From contig DATMNH010000060.1 in NCBI GenBank assembly GCA_035568975.1, positions 12,176 through 76,175 of the forward strand: DNA of 64,000 nucleotides, in the 5' to 3' direction. This DNA comes from Casimicrobiaceae bacterium (lineage in GTDB: Bacteria; Pseudomonadota; Gammaproteobacteria; Burkholderiales; Casimicrobiaceae). Of the stretch, positions 33,605 through 42,993 are shown piece by piece (the stretch's first letter is position 1; the number at the start of each line of letters is the position of its first letter). The notes under the pieces are model-generated. The model was not told the DNA's origin. It worked only from the letters and a program-made list of their open reading frames with translations, and did no database searches. A program made the translations under genes and the position numbers.

Positions 33605-34408
33605 ATGGAATTGCCCGTGAATAAGTTCAAGCGCGCCATCGCCTCGGGCAAGACGCCGATCGGCGCATGGCTGATGAGCGCCGCCCCGTCGACCGCCGAA
33701 GCGCTGGGGTCGGTGGGCTTCGACTTTCTCGTGGTCGACATGGAGCACACGCCCATCGACACGCCGCAAATGATCGGTATCCTGCAGGCGATCGCGGGAA
33801 CGCCGGCGCAGGCGATCGTTCGCCCGCCTTGGAACGACATGGTGATGGTCAAGCGGGCGATGGACGCGGGCGCACAGACGCTGCTCTTTCCCTTCGTGCA
33901 AAACGCGGACGAAGCCAAGCGCGCGGTGGCATCGACCCGCTATCCGCCCGAAGGCGTGCGCGGCGTCGCCGGGACGCATCGCGGCAGCCGCTACGGCACG
34001 ATACCCGATTACCTCAAGCGCGCAAACGAAGAGGTCTGCGTCATCGTACAGATCGAAACCTTGCCCGCGTTCGATCAGCTGCGCTCGATCGCCGCCGTTC
34101 CCGGTGTCGATTCGATTTTCATTGGCCCGGGAGATCTGTCGGCATCGATGGGATTCATCGGCGACATCGGCAACGCCGCGGTCCAGGACAAGCTGAAGGA
34201 AGGCGCGCAGGCGTGCAAGCGGCTGGGTAAGCCGTCGGGGATCATCGGCATGAACCCGGACATGGCGGGCAAGTTCGTCGAGTATGGCTTTTCCTGGGTA
34301 GCGGTCGGCTCCGACATGGGTTACGTGGTCAGTCGCGGCCAGGAATATCTTGCGAAAATGCGCAGCAGCGCGCCCGCGTCGCCGTCGACGTCGCAAAGCG
34401 CGTATTAG
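33605..34408 (+). CDS. HpcH/HpaI family 2-keto-3-deoxy-acid aldolase
   Basis: NKFKRAIASGKTPIGAWLMS, FDFLVVDMEHTPID, IVRPPWND, QIETLPAFDQL, DSIFIGPGDLSASMG. Confidence 0.85.
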   Translation: MELPVNKFKRAIASGKTPIGAWLMSAAPSTAEALGSVGFDFLVVDMEHTPIDTPQMIGILQAIAGTPAQAIVRPPWNDMVMVKRAMDAGAQTLLFPFVQNADEAKRAVASTRYPPEGVRGVAGTHRGSRYGTIPDYLKRANEEVCVIVQIETLPAFDQLRSIAAVPGVDSIFIGPGDLSASMGFIGDIGNAAVQDKLKEGAQACKRLGKPSGIIGMNPDMAGKFVEYGFSWVAVGSDMGYVVSRGQEYLAKMRSSAPASPSTSQSAY

Positions 34409-34456
34409 TGGCCTAGTTAGCAAACTGAGCCGTGTCCTCAGCGCTCGAGCCGTGGC

Positions 34457-35380
34457 GTGACCGAGACCATCGAGCTCTCCGCCGGCTCGGCGCGTGTCGT
34501 CGTTGCACCGGCCATCGGCGGCTCGATCGCGTCGTTTCACTGCGACGGCCAGGCGATTCTGTGGCCGACGCCCGAGAAAGCGCTCGCCGAAGGCTCCGTA
34601 AGAAGCTTCGCCTGCTTTCCGTTGATTCCTTTTTCCAACCGCATCGCCGACGCGACGCTGCACTGGGCCGGGCGCGAATACGGGTTGACACGCTTCATCG
34701 AGGTCGAGCCGCATGCGATTCATGGCAATGGCTGGCAGCGAACGTGGAACGTGACACGGCGCGAGGCATCGCGTCTCGCGATCGAGCTCGAGCACGATGC
34801 GTCCGGTGCACGCGCGCGTGAATGGCCGTTTCCCTATCGCGCGCGACAGAGGTTTGGGCTCATGGCCGATGCGCTGGGCGCCAGGCTGGAGCTCGGTCTC
34901 GAGATTGAAAATACCGGCGGCGACGCGTTTCCCTTCGGCTTGGGATGGCATCCCTATTTCGATCGCGACGCCGAGACCGAGCTCGGTTTCGCGGCGCGCG
35001 GCGTCTGGCACACCGATCCGTCGCGTCTGCCGACACGATTCGACGCGGTGCCCCCCGAATGGAATTTCGACCCGCCGCGCTCCATCGGCGCCACCATGCT
35101 CGACAACTGCTTTGCCGGCTGGCGGCCGCCGGCGACAGTGCGCTGGCCGGCCCGCAAGCTCACCGCGAAAATTGCGGCCGACCCCGCCTGCGACTACCTG
35201 GTAGTGTTCGTTCCGTCAGACAAGTCCGAAGGCAAGTCGTCTTTCGCGGTCGAACCCGTAACGCATATGACCGATGCGTTCAACCGCGCCGGCGAAGATC
35301 GCGATACGGGCACCCGCATGCTCGCACCCGGCGCGTGCTTTTCTTGTACGATGAGCATCTCGGTTTCGCGGAACGGCTGA
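34457..35380 (+). CDS. aldose 1-epimerase family protein
   Basis: GTG start. FPLIPFSNRI, HGNGWQRTWNV, GLGWHPYF, FAVEPVTH are mutarotase-fold motifs. Confidence 0.75.
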   Translation: MTETIELSAGSARVVVAPAIGGSIASFHCDGQAILWPTPEKALAEGSVRSFACFPLIPFSNRIADATLHWAGREYGLTRFIEVEPHAIHGNGWQRTWNVTRREASRLAIELEHDASGARAREWPFPYRARQRFGLMADALGARLELGLEIENTGGDAFPFGLGWHPYFDRDAETELGFAARGVWHTDPSRLPTRFDAVPPEWNFDPPRSIGATMLDNCFAGWRPPATVRWPARKLTAKIAADPACDYLVVFVPSDKSEGKSSFAVEPVTHMTDAFNRAGEDRDTGTRMLAPGACFSCTMSISVSRNG

Positions 35381-35402
35381 TTTCGCCGATGGAATCGCGC
35401 TC

Positions 35403-36278
35403 ATGGAATCCCGTTTTAAGTGCGTGCTCGACGTCAAGGCCAGCCTGGGCGAGTGTCCGGTATGGTCGATCGACGAACAGGCGTTGTATTGGATCGACAT
35501 CAACGCGCCTTCGCTCAACCGCTTCGATCCCGCGCGCGGCATCAACAGCGCGTGGCCGATGCCGCAGGCGATCGGATGTTTCGCGTTGCGCTCGCGCGGC
35601 GGATTCGTCGCGGCGCTCCGTGACGGAATCTGGTTCGTCGATCGACAAGGCGGGCTCGAGCGCAAGATCGCCGCCGCGCCCTACGATCCCGAGCATCACC
35701 GCTTCAATGACGGCCGCGCCGATGCGCAAGGACGGTTCTGGGCGGGAACCATGAACGAAAAGCGGGACGCCAGCAGTGCGTGGCTGTATCGCCTGTCATC
35801 CGATCTCGAGCTCGTCCCCGTGCTCGACAACATGACGACCTCGAACGGACTCGCCTGGAGCCCGGACGGCCGCACGATGTATCACGCCGACACGCCGGCG
35901 CGCACGGTCAGCGCGTACGACTTCGATGGTGCAGGCGGCACACCGACGAACGGCCGCGTGTTCGCGCATTTCGACGGCGAAACGGATCGGCCCGATGGCG
36001 CGGCGGTGGACAGCGAGGGTTGCTACTGGTGCGCTTTTTATCGCGGCGGCAAGGCGGTTCGGCTTTCGCCGCAGGGGCGGCTGCTGGCCGAATATGACGT
36101 GCCCGCCATGTGCCCGACGATGTGCGCGTTTGGCGGCGACGACCTGCGCACGCTCTATGTGACGACCGCACGTCAGATGCGCGAGGCCGATGAGCTCGCG
36201 AGGTTTCCCCAGTCGGGTGGAATTTTTGCCATGAGGGTAGACATCGCGGGCCTACCCGAGCCGAAGTTCGCCGGCTGA
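35403..36278 (+). CDS. SMP-30/gluconolactonase/LRE family sugar lactonase
   Basis: LGECPVWSIDEQALYWIDI, RFNDGRADAQGRFWAGTM, SNGLAWSPDGRTMYHADT, PDGAAVDSEGCYWCA, TMCAFGGDDLRTLYVTTA. Confidence 0.85.
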   Translation: MESRFKCVLDVKASLGECPVWSIDEQALYWIDINAPSLNRFDPARGINSAWPMPQAIGCFALRSRGGFVAALRDGIWFVDRQGGLERKIAAAPYDPEHHRFNDGRADAQGRFWAGTMNEKRDASSAWLYRLSSDLELVPVLDNMTTSNGLAWSPDGRTMYHADTPARTVSAYDFDGAGGTPTNGRVFAHFDGETDRPDGAAVDSEGCYWCAFYRGGKAVRLSPQGRLLAEYDVPAMCPTMCAFGGDDLRTLYVTTARQMREADELARFPQSGGIFAMRVDIAGLPEPKFAG

Positions 36279-36311
36279 AACGAGCGGATAGCCGACACCA
36301 GCGAGATCACG

Positions 36312-38540
36312 ATGCAGCTCGATACGACCGCTTTCATTCGGCTCGACGCGCCCAGCAGTCTGGGCGCGAGCGCGTCCGGCGCCGCTTTTGCCACCAACAC
36401 CGGCGACATCCTGGAAGTCGGGTGCTTCGGGCCCGGCATCTTCCGGCTCAGAGTAGGCCCCAATACCCATCCTGACTACGGCCTGGTCCTCGGTCGCGCC
36501 CAGCGCTGCGACGTGGCGCAGCCGGCGCCGGGCGTCTGGACCTTCACTTCCGGCAACGCGCGGCTGGAAATCGGGGGCGAGCCGCTGTCGATCCAGCTGT
36601 TTCACGACGAGCATCGGGTTCTCGCTTCGATCACCGATGAGCACTTCCGCGGCTTCACGCGCCTGCCGGTGATCGGCCGCGCACGCAGCGGAGAGCAATG
36701 GATCGCGGCCTTCGCGCTGGGCTCCGGCGAGCCGGTATATGGACTGGGCGAGAAATTCGGACCGCTCAACAAGCGCGGCCAGTTGGTCGAGTCGCAGGTG
36801 GAAGACGCGCTGGGCGTCAACACCGGCCTCTCCTACAAGAATGCGCCGTTCTGCTGGAGCCCGGGCAGCGGGAAAGCCTCGTGGGGCGTCTTCGTCAACA
36901 CCCCCGGACGCGTCATGCACGGCGTCGGCTACCCCGATTGGTCGCACCGTTCCTACTGCGCCGTCGTCGACGACGAAGCGCTCGACCTGTTCCTGATTTG
37001 CGGTCGCGATCCCGCGCAAGTCCTGGACCACTACACGCACCTCACCGGTCGCGCGCCGGACGTCCCGTTGTGGGGGCTGGGGCTTTGGGTCTCCAAAGCC
37101 TACTATCGAACGCCCGAGGAGGCCGTCGCAGTCGCCGGCAAGCTTCGCGCCCGCCGCATCCCCTGCGACGTGCTGAGCTTCGACGGCCGAGCTGCATGGG
37201 ACGTCCAGACGCGTTTCGATTTTCATTGGGACCCGCAGCGCTTTCGCGATCCGCCCGCGGTGCTGGCGAGGATCAAGGCGAACTCGCTCAAGGTGTGCGT
37301 GTGGGAATATCCGTACGTGTCGATTCACTCGCCGCTGTTTCAGGAGCTCGCGAGCAAGCACTACCTGCTGAAGACCACGGAGGGCGATCCGTACGTTTTC
37401 GCCTGGGACACCTCCTCGGAGAATTCGCCCTTCGGCGACGTGCTCACCCCGTTGCCGGATAGCGGTCTCCTCGATTTCACCAATCCCGCCGCCTACGCAT
37501 GGTGGCGCGACGCGCACAGGTCGCTCTTCGAAGCCGGCGTCGACGTCATCAAGAGCGACTTCGGCGAGCACGTCCCCGACGACGCGGTCGCGTTCAACGG
37601 CGATCGCGGCAAGCGCCTGCACAACGTCTATCCGCTGCTGTACAACCGCTGCGTATACGAGGCGACGAAAAAATTCGGCAGCCAGGACACCTTGCCCATG
37701 GTCTGGGCGCGCGCCGGCTGGACCGGCAGCCAGCGATACCCGATCCAGTGGGGCGGCGACCCGCAGAGCGACTGGGAAGGCCTGGCGGCGAGCATCCGCG
37801 GCGGACTGTCTTGGGGCATGAGCGGCGTGCCGTATCACGCCAGCGACATCGGCGGCTTCTACGGCTCGGTGCAGCCGTCGGCGGAGCTGTACCTGCGCTG
37901 GCTGCAGATGAGCGTGTTCAGCTCTCACATGCGAGTGCACGGCATCGGCGCTCGCGAACCGTGGGCATTCGGCGATGAAAACGAAGCGATCGCGCGCCAG
38001 TGGATCGAGTTCCGCTACCGTCTGCTTCCGTATCTGAAGAGTGTGATTGCACAGGCCATCGCGACCGGCCTGCCGGTGCTGCGCGCGATGCCGCTCGCCT
38101 TCCCGGCCAACGCCCTGACGAGGACCTACGAGACGCAGTTCATGTGCGGCGACGCGCTGCTGGTCGCGCCTATCGTTGCCGCCGGCGGCGAGGTCGACGT
38201 CGCTCTGCCTCCCGGCGCATGGTACGACTTGTCGAGTCGGCAGCGCGTCGCGGGTCGACAGGTGATCCGCTATCGCGCGACGCTGGACCGCTTTCCGGTC
38301 TTCGGTCGCGAGGGCTACGCGCTCCCGCTCGGGCCGGTCGTGCAGCACACAGGCGAGATCGATACGGCCAAGCCGCTCGACGCGCTGTGGCTGTTCGGTG
38401 CACCGTCGCACGCGCTCGAAGGTTTCGTGCAGGCCAAGATTGCGCTCGGCGAGGGAGGCGCACGAGTGTCCGCCACGTCCGACATCAAGGTGGAGTTCTT
38501 CGGCGACTCAGCGGATATTCGCGTCGAGCCGCTGCCCTGA
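36312..38540 (+). CDS. GH31 alpha-xylosidase/alpha-glucosidase (YicI-like)
   Basis: VYGLGEKFGPLNKRGQ, CDVLSFDGRAAW, GVDVIKSDFGEHVPDD (compare the YicI KTDFGE nucleophile region), RAGWTGSQRYPIQWGGD, GGFYG. Confidence 0.85.
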   Translation: MQLDTTAFIRLDAPSSLGASASGAAFATNTGDILEVGCFGPGIFRLRVGPNTHPDYGLVLGRAQRCDVAQPAPGVWTFTSGNARLEIGGEPLSIQLFHDEHRVLASITDEHFRGFTRLPVIGRARSGEQWIAAFALGSGEPVYGLGEKFGPLNKRGQLVESQVEDALGVNTGLSYKNAPFCWSPGSGKASWGVFVNTPGRVMHGVGYPDWSHRSYCAVVDDEALDLFLICGRDPAQVLDHYTHLTGRAPDVPLWGLGLWVSKAYYRTPEEAVAVAGKLRARRIPCDVLSFDGRAAWDVQTRFDFHWDPQRFRDPPAVLARIKANSLKVCVWEYPYVSIHSPLFQELASKHYLLKTTEGDPYVFAWDTSSENSPFGDVLTPLPDSGLLDFTNPAAYAWWRDAHRSLFEAGVDVIKSDFGEHVPDDAVAFNGDRGKRLHNVYPLLYNRCVYEATKKFGSQDTLPMVWARAGWTGSQRYPIQWGGDPQSDWEGLAASIRGGLSWGMSGVPYHASDIGGFYGSVQPSAELYLRWLQMSVFSSHMRVHGIGAREPWAFGDENEAIARQWIEFRYRLLPYLKSVIAQAIATGLPVLRAMPLAFPANALTRTYETQFMCGDALLVAPIVAAGGEVDVALPPGAWYDLSSRQRVAGRQVIRYRATLDRFPVFGREGYALPLGPVVQHTGEIDTAKPLDALWLFGAPSHALEGFVQAKIALGEGGARVSATSDIKVEFFGDSADIRVEPLP

Positions 38541-38551
38541 CGAGCTCCGCG

Positions 38552-39565
38552 ATGAATGCGAACGGCACAATCGCCGTCACCCTGGGCGAACCCGCGGGCA
38601 TCGGCCCCGACCTCTGCGTGCGGCTGGCCGAGCGTCGCTGGGCAGCACGCCTCGTCGGTATCGGCGACATCGAGCTCCTGCGCGATCGCGCCCGCCGTCT
38701 GCGTGCGGGAGTGCGCATCGTCCCCTATATCCGAGGGCGAGACGCCACGCCAGGAACCTTCGAGGTCGCGCATTTTCCGCTCGCGGTACCCGCCGTTCCA
38801 GGACGCCTCGACCCGGGCAATGCCAAAGGGGTGCTTGCCACGCTGGACGCCGCGCTGACCGGATGCCTCAACGGCGAATTCTCCGCCATGGTCACTGCAC
38901 CGGTGCAAAAGAGCGTGATCAACGACGCCGGCTTCGCATTTCGCGGCCACACCGAGTTCCTGGCCGAGCGCACCCGCGCCAGCGTGGTCATGATGCTGGT
39001 CGGGGCCACCGCGACCGGCCCGCTGCGAGTCGCGTTGGCGACAACGCACGTGCCGCTCTCCTCGGTGGCGGCGGCGATCACCGAAGCACTGCTGACACGA
39101 ACGGTGCGCATCGTCGCCGCCGAGCTCTCGGCCAAGTTCCGCATCGCCAAGCCGCGCATCGCGGTGTGCGGTCTTAATCCCCACGCCGGCGAGGGCGGAT
39201 ATCTCGGCCGGGAGGAGCTCGAGATCATCGCCCCGGCGCTGGTGGCGCTCCGTGAGCAGGGCATAGCCGTGGCCGGTCCGCTTCCTGCCGACACGGTCTT
39301 CGTTCCGGCCAAAGCAAGCGAATTCGATTGCGTGATCGCGATGTACCACGATCAAGGGCTCCCCGTGCTGAAGCACGCGAGCTTCGGCCACGGCGTCAAC
39401 GTGACGCTCGGCCTTCCGATCGTGCGCACATCGGTCGATCATGGCACCGCGCTCGACCTTGCCGCCGATGGCGCTCTCGCGCGCAGCGCCGATCCGGGAT
39501 CGTTGTTCGCAGCGGTGGAGCTGGCCATCGAGCTTACGCAGATCCGCGCGGCGATCCGCACGTGA
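38552..39565 (+). CDS. pdxA: 4-hydroxythreonine-4-phosphate dehydrogenase
   Basis: IAVTLGEPAGIGPDL, GHTEFLAE, CGLNPHAGEGG, AMYHDQGLPVLK, RTSVDHGTALD. Confidence 0.9.
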   Translation: MNANGTIAVTLGEPAGIGPDLCVRLAERRWAARLVGIGDIELLRDRARRLRAGVRIVPYIRGRDATPGTFEVAHFPLAVPAVPGRLDPGNAKGVLATLDAALTGCLNGEFSAMVTAPVQKSVINDAGFAFRGHTEFLAERTRASVVMMLVGATATGPLRVALATTHVPLSSVAAAITEALLTRTVRIVAAELSAKFRIAKPRIAVCGLNPHAGEGGYLGREELEIIAPALVALREQGIAVAGPLPADTVFVPAKASEFDCVIAMYHDQGLPVLKHASFGHGVNVTLGLPIVRTSVDHGTALDLAADGALARSADPGSLFAAVELAIELTQIRAAIRT

Positions 39566-39572
39566 TCCGCGT

Positions 39573-40367
39573 GTGACTGCTCTCAGACACCCGCCGCGCA
39601 AGCGCTTTGGCCAGAATTTTCTCGTCGATCGCCACTACATCGATCGCATCATCGCCGTGGTCGATCCCGCACCCGACGACAACGTGGTCGAAATCGGCCC
39701 CGGTCTCGGCGCGCTGACACGGCCACTGCTCGAGCGTGTCAAGCTGCTCGCCGTCATCGAGATCGATCGCGATCTGGCTGCCCGATTGAGAGCCGAGTTC
39801 ACCCCCGATCGGCTGCGGATGCACAACGTCGATGCGCTCACGTTCGACTTCGCGACGCTGGGGCGCGAGCTGCGCGTCATCGGCAACCTGCCGTACAACA
39901 TTTCGTCGCCGATGCTGTTCCACCTCGCGCAATACGAAGCAAATCTGCGCGACATGACGGTGATGTTGCAAAGAGAGGTCGTGCAGCGCATGGCGGCCGC
40001 GCCGGCGACGCCCGACTACGGAAGGCTCTCGGTGATGCTGCAGACCCGCTTTCGCATCGAGCGACTGTTCATCGTGCCGCCAGGCGCGTTCCGGCCGGCG
40101 CCCCTCATCGATTCCGCGGTTGCGCGCCTGACGCCGCTTGGGCGCGCGCGACCGAAGATCGATGACGAAGCGCTTTTCGCGCGCGTCGTCGCCGCCGCAT
40201 TCGGGCAGCGTCGCAAGACACTGAAGAACGCGCTCAAATTGCTGGCGACCGAGGAAGAGCTCGAGCGCGAGGGAATCGCCCCCGGCGCCCGCGGCGAAAC
40301 GCTGCCCGTTACCGACTTTGTACGCCTCGCCAACGCGCTCGCCCGCACGGTCGAGAAATCCCGCTAG
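39573..40367 (+). CDS. rsmA: 16S rRNA (adenine1518/1519-N6)-dimethyltransferase
   Basis: GTG start 39573 (VTALRHPPRKRFGQNFLVD). VVEIGPGLGALT, GNLPYNISSP. Sits in the conserved pdxA-ksgA arrangement. Confidence 0.9.
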   Translation: MTALRHPPRKRFGQNFLVDRHYIDRIIAVVDPAPDDNVVEIGPGLGALTRPLLERVKLLAVIEIDRDLAARLRAEFTPDRLRMHNVDALTFDFATLGRELRVIGNLPYNISSPMLFHLAQYEANLRDMTVMLQREVVQRMAAAPATPDYGRLSVMLQTRFRIERLFIVPPGAFRPAPLIDSAVARLTPLGRARPKIDDEALFARVVAAAFGQRRKTLKNALKLLATEEELEREGIAPGARGETLPVTDFVRLANALARTVEKSR

Positions 40368-40407
40368 TACGACAACTCGGCAGTACGCAAACATGTTCCG
40401 CGAGAAA

Positions 40408-40713
40408 CTAGCCCCAATCGCTGTCGGGCCGCCGCGTCGGCGCTTCGATCCGCACCAGCTTCCTGCGTCCGGACTTCCCGCGCAGCAACGTGACATTACC
40501 CTGTGCCACGCCGAACGCATCCGCCAGGAACGCGCGCAACGCGGCGTTGGCCTTGCCATCGACGGGTGGCGCCGCCAGCGCAATCTTCAGGCGCGCCTGA
40601 CTCCCCTCACCATGGACACCGACGACGGTGGTGGATTTTGCACCTGGGTGAGCCTGGATTTGCAGCGTGATCGAACCGTCGTCGGCGTCGCGCCGCCACG
40701 CCTGCGTGGTCAC
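40408..40713 (-). CDS. yggU: DUF167/YggU family protein
   Basis: ITLQIQAHPGAKSTTVVGVHGEGSQARLKIALAAPPVDGKANAALRAFLADAFGVAQGNVTLLRGKSGRRKLVRI. The GTG start overlaps the yggT stop (GTGA). Confidence 0.8.
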   Translation of the reverse strand: MTTQAWRRDADDGSITLQIQAHPGAKSTTVVGVHGEGSQARLKIALAAPPVDGKANAALRAFLADAFGVAQGNVTLLRGKSGRRKLVRIEAPTRRPDSDWG

Positions 40714-41282
40714 TGAAACAGCTGCGCGAGGCTCTGTTCCAGCCACGCCACCGGCAGGATGAGCGCGAGCTGTGCCAGAACGATCACGATCAGCGGCGAG
40801 AGATCGAGCGATCCTCCCAACGGCGGGACGACCCGACGAATCGGAGCGAGAACGCGAAATGTCAGCGCGTTGAGTACGCCGGCCAGCGGGCCGTCGGGCG
40901 CGACCCAGGACAGAATCGCCTGAATGAATACCGCGCCGATCAGGATCCACAGCGACGCCTTGAGCAACTCGAGGACCGCCAGCAACGGAAGGTAGCCGGC
41001 GAGCGTGCCGGAGAATTCCGCGCCGCCGAGCGCCGCAAGCGCGACCAGCCAGAGCACCTGTCCGAGCCAGGCAAAGACGAGCGACGCCCAGTCATAACCG
41101 CCGAAACCGGGTAGCAATTTGCGCAGCGGCTTGACCGCCCAATCGGTGAGCGCCGTGACCGCCTGACCGATGGGATTGCGAAATGGCGCTCGCAGCCATT
41201 GCATGATGAAACGCAACAGCGCGGCATAAACGACAAAGCCAAACGCCGTATCGATCAGGAAGCGCAGCGCCTGGTTCAGCAT
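40710..41282 (-). CDS. yggT: YggT family membrane protein
   Basis: MLNQALRFLIDTAFGFVVYAALLRFIMQWLRAPFRNPIGQAV...LDLSPLIVIVLAQL has two YGGT repeats. Confidence 0.85.
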   Translation of the reverse strand: MLNQALRFLIDTAFGFVVYAALLRFIMQWLRAPFRNPIGQAVTALTDWAVKPLRKLLPGFGGYDWASLVFAWLGQVLWLVALAALGGAEFSGTLAGYLPLLAVLELLKASLWILIGAVFIQAILSWVAPDGPLAGVLNALTFRVLAPIRRVVPPLGGSLDLSPLIVIVLAQLALILPVAWLEQSLAQLFQ

Positions 41283-41292
41283 GAAGCGCAGC

Positions 41293-42111
41293 TCAACTTT
41301 CGCTGCCGAAGAGATCGCCGAGCTCGCCAGCGCGCGCGAACGCCGCTTGCGCCGCCGCGGCGACGCTGTCCTTGATTCCAGCCTCCTCGAGCGCAGCGAT
41401 GCCCCGCTCGGTCGTGCCACCCTTGGACGTCACTTGTGCGCGCAGCAGCGACGGCTCGGAATCGCTTTGTTCGGCCAGGCGGATCGCGCCCGAAAAGGTC
41501 GCCAGCGCAAGACGCCTTGCTTCGGCGTCGCCAAAACCGAGGCCGCGAGCCGCGTCTTCAAGCGCCTCCAGAAAGTAGAAAACGTAGGCCGGGCCGCTGC
41601 CGGAGATTGCCGTCACCGCGTCCAGGTCGCTTTCGCGCTCGCACCACAGCGTGCTGCCGACGGCTTCCAGCACCGACGAGGCACGGGTCCGCCCGTCGAT
41701 ATCGACCCCGGAGAGCGCATACAAGCCGGTGATCCCGGCGCCGATCATGGCCGGGGTGTTCGGCATAGCGCGCACCAGGCGCCGGTAGCCCAGAAGCCAG
41801 CGCGACAGGTCGCCAAGCCGGATACCCGCAGCGATAGTGATCACGATCTGACGCTTGAGCAGCGTCGCCAGCTCGCGCGAGGCGACGCGCACGTTTTGAG
41901 GCTTGACCGCCAGAACGACGATCTCGGCGTGAGCCACCGCCGGCGGCTCGATAGCGGCGAACGTGGCGACACCGAAGCGAGCGGCGATCGTCGAGCGCGC
42001 CTCGGGACTCGGGTCGACGACGGCGAAGGCGTTGGAGGCACCGCCGCGCGCGACCAGCCCGCCGATCAGCGCCCGCGCCATGTTGCCGCCGCCGATGAAA
42101 GTAATGTTCAA
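41293..42111 (-). CDS. proC: pyrroline-5-carboxylate reductase
   Basis: ITFIGGGNMARALIGGL, RAMPNTPAMIGAGITG, SGSGPAYVFYFLEAL, VTSKGGTTE. Confidence 0.9.
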   Translation of the reverse strand: MNITFIGGGNMARALIGGLVARGGASNAFAVVDPSPEARSTIAARFGVATFAAIEPPAVAHAEIVVLAVKPQNVRVASRELATLLKRQIVITIAAGIRLGDLSRWLLGYRRLVRAMPNTPAMIGAGITGLYALSGVDIDGRTRASSVLEAVGSTLWCERESDLDAVTAISGSGPAYVFYFLEALEDAARGLGFGDAEARRLALATFSGAIRLAEQSDSEPSLLRAQVTSKGGTTERGIAALEEAGIKDSVAAAAQAAFARAGELGDLFGSES

Positions 42112-42140
42112 GGTTTCATTCCCGATTGGCCCTGCTGAAA

Positions 42141-42869
42141 TCAGCGCTGTGTCAGCGAGCGATCAATGCCGGTCCGCTCCGCCGGACGACGGGGCCCGAA
42201 CAGCGCGCTGCCGATACGCAACTGCGTCGCGCCTTCGGCAATGGCAAATTCGAAATCCGACGACATCCCCATCGACAGCGTGTCGAGCGCAAGCCCTTCG
42301 CCGCGCCCGGTATCGTACAGCTCGCGCAGCAGGTGAAACTGATCTCGCACCGGGCCGCCGTCGTCGGCGGCTTGCGCGATACCCATGAATCCGCGCAGCG
42401 CGAGTCCGGGCAAACGCCCCACTTCGCGTGCCAGCGCCAGCGCCAGCGGTGGAATAACTCCGCGCTTGGTCGTCTCGCCGCTGATGTTGACCTGAATGCA
42501 AACGTTAAGCGGAGGCAAGTGGGGGTCGCGAGCCATCGCGAGGCGCTGGGCGATCTCGTACCGGTCGATCGTCTCGACCCACGAGAAACTCTGCGCCGCT
42601 GCCCGCGCCTTGTTGCTCTGCAGGGGTCCGATCAGATGCCATTCGACTCCAGGGAGGTCGGACAGCGCGGCGATCTTGGGCCGAGCCTCCTGGACGTAAT
42701 TCTCTCCGAATGCGCGCTGCCCCATCGCGTACGCGCTTCGAAGCGCCTGGATGGGGAAGCTCTTGCTCACCGCGAGAACTCGGATCGAGCCCGGGTCGCG
42801 GTGGGCAGCCATGGCGGCCGCGACGATGCGTAAGCGAATGTCTTGCCACGCCTTCTCGTCTGGGCTCAT
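42141..42869 (-). CDS. yggS: YggS family pyridoxal-phosphate homeostasis protein
   Basis: RVLAVSKSFP (PLP lysine), FGENYVQE, WHLIGPLQSNK, LSMGMSSDFEFAIAEGAT. Confidence 0.9.
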   Translation of the reverse strand: MSPDEKAWQDIRLRIVAAAMAAHRDPGSIRVLAVSKSFPIQALRSAYAMGQRAFGENYVQEARPKIAALSDLPGVEWHLIGPLQSNKARAAAQSFSWVETIDRYEIAQRLAMARDPHLPPLNVCIQVNISGETTKRGVIPPLALALAREVGRLPGLALRGFMGIAQAADDGGPVRDQFHLLRELYDTGRGEGLALDTLSMGMSSDFEFAIAEGATQLRIGSALFGPRRPAERTGIDRSLTQR

Positions 42870-42993
42870 AATCGAATGACGCCGGCATAGGGTTGAAAAA
42901 GTTGTGGGCCACAAGTCGAGAATAGCCGGCCTGCCTGCCTCGCCTCCCTGCCAGCAGCTTAAAGTGGCCCGCCGTTGGCTCTTGGGATTATAA

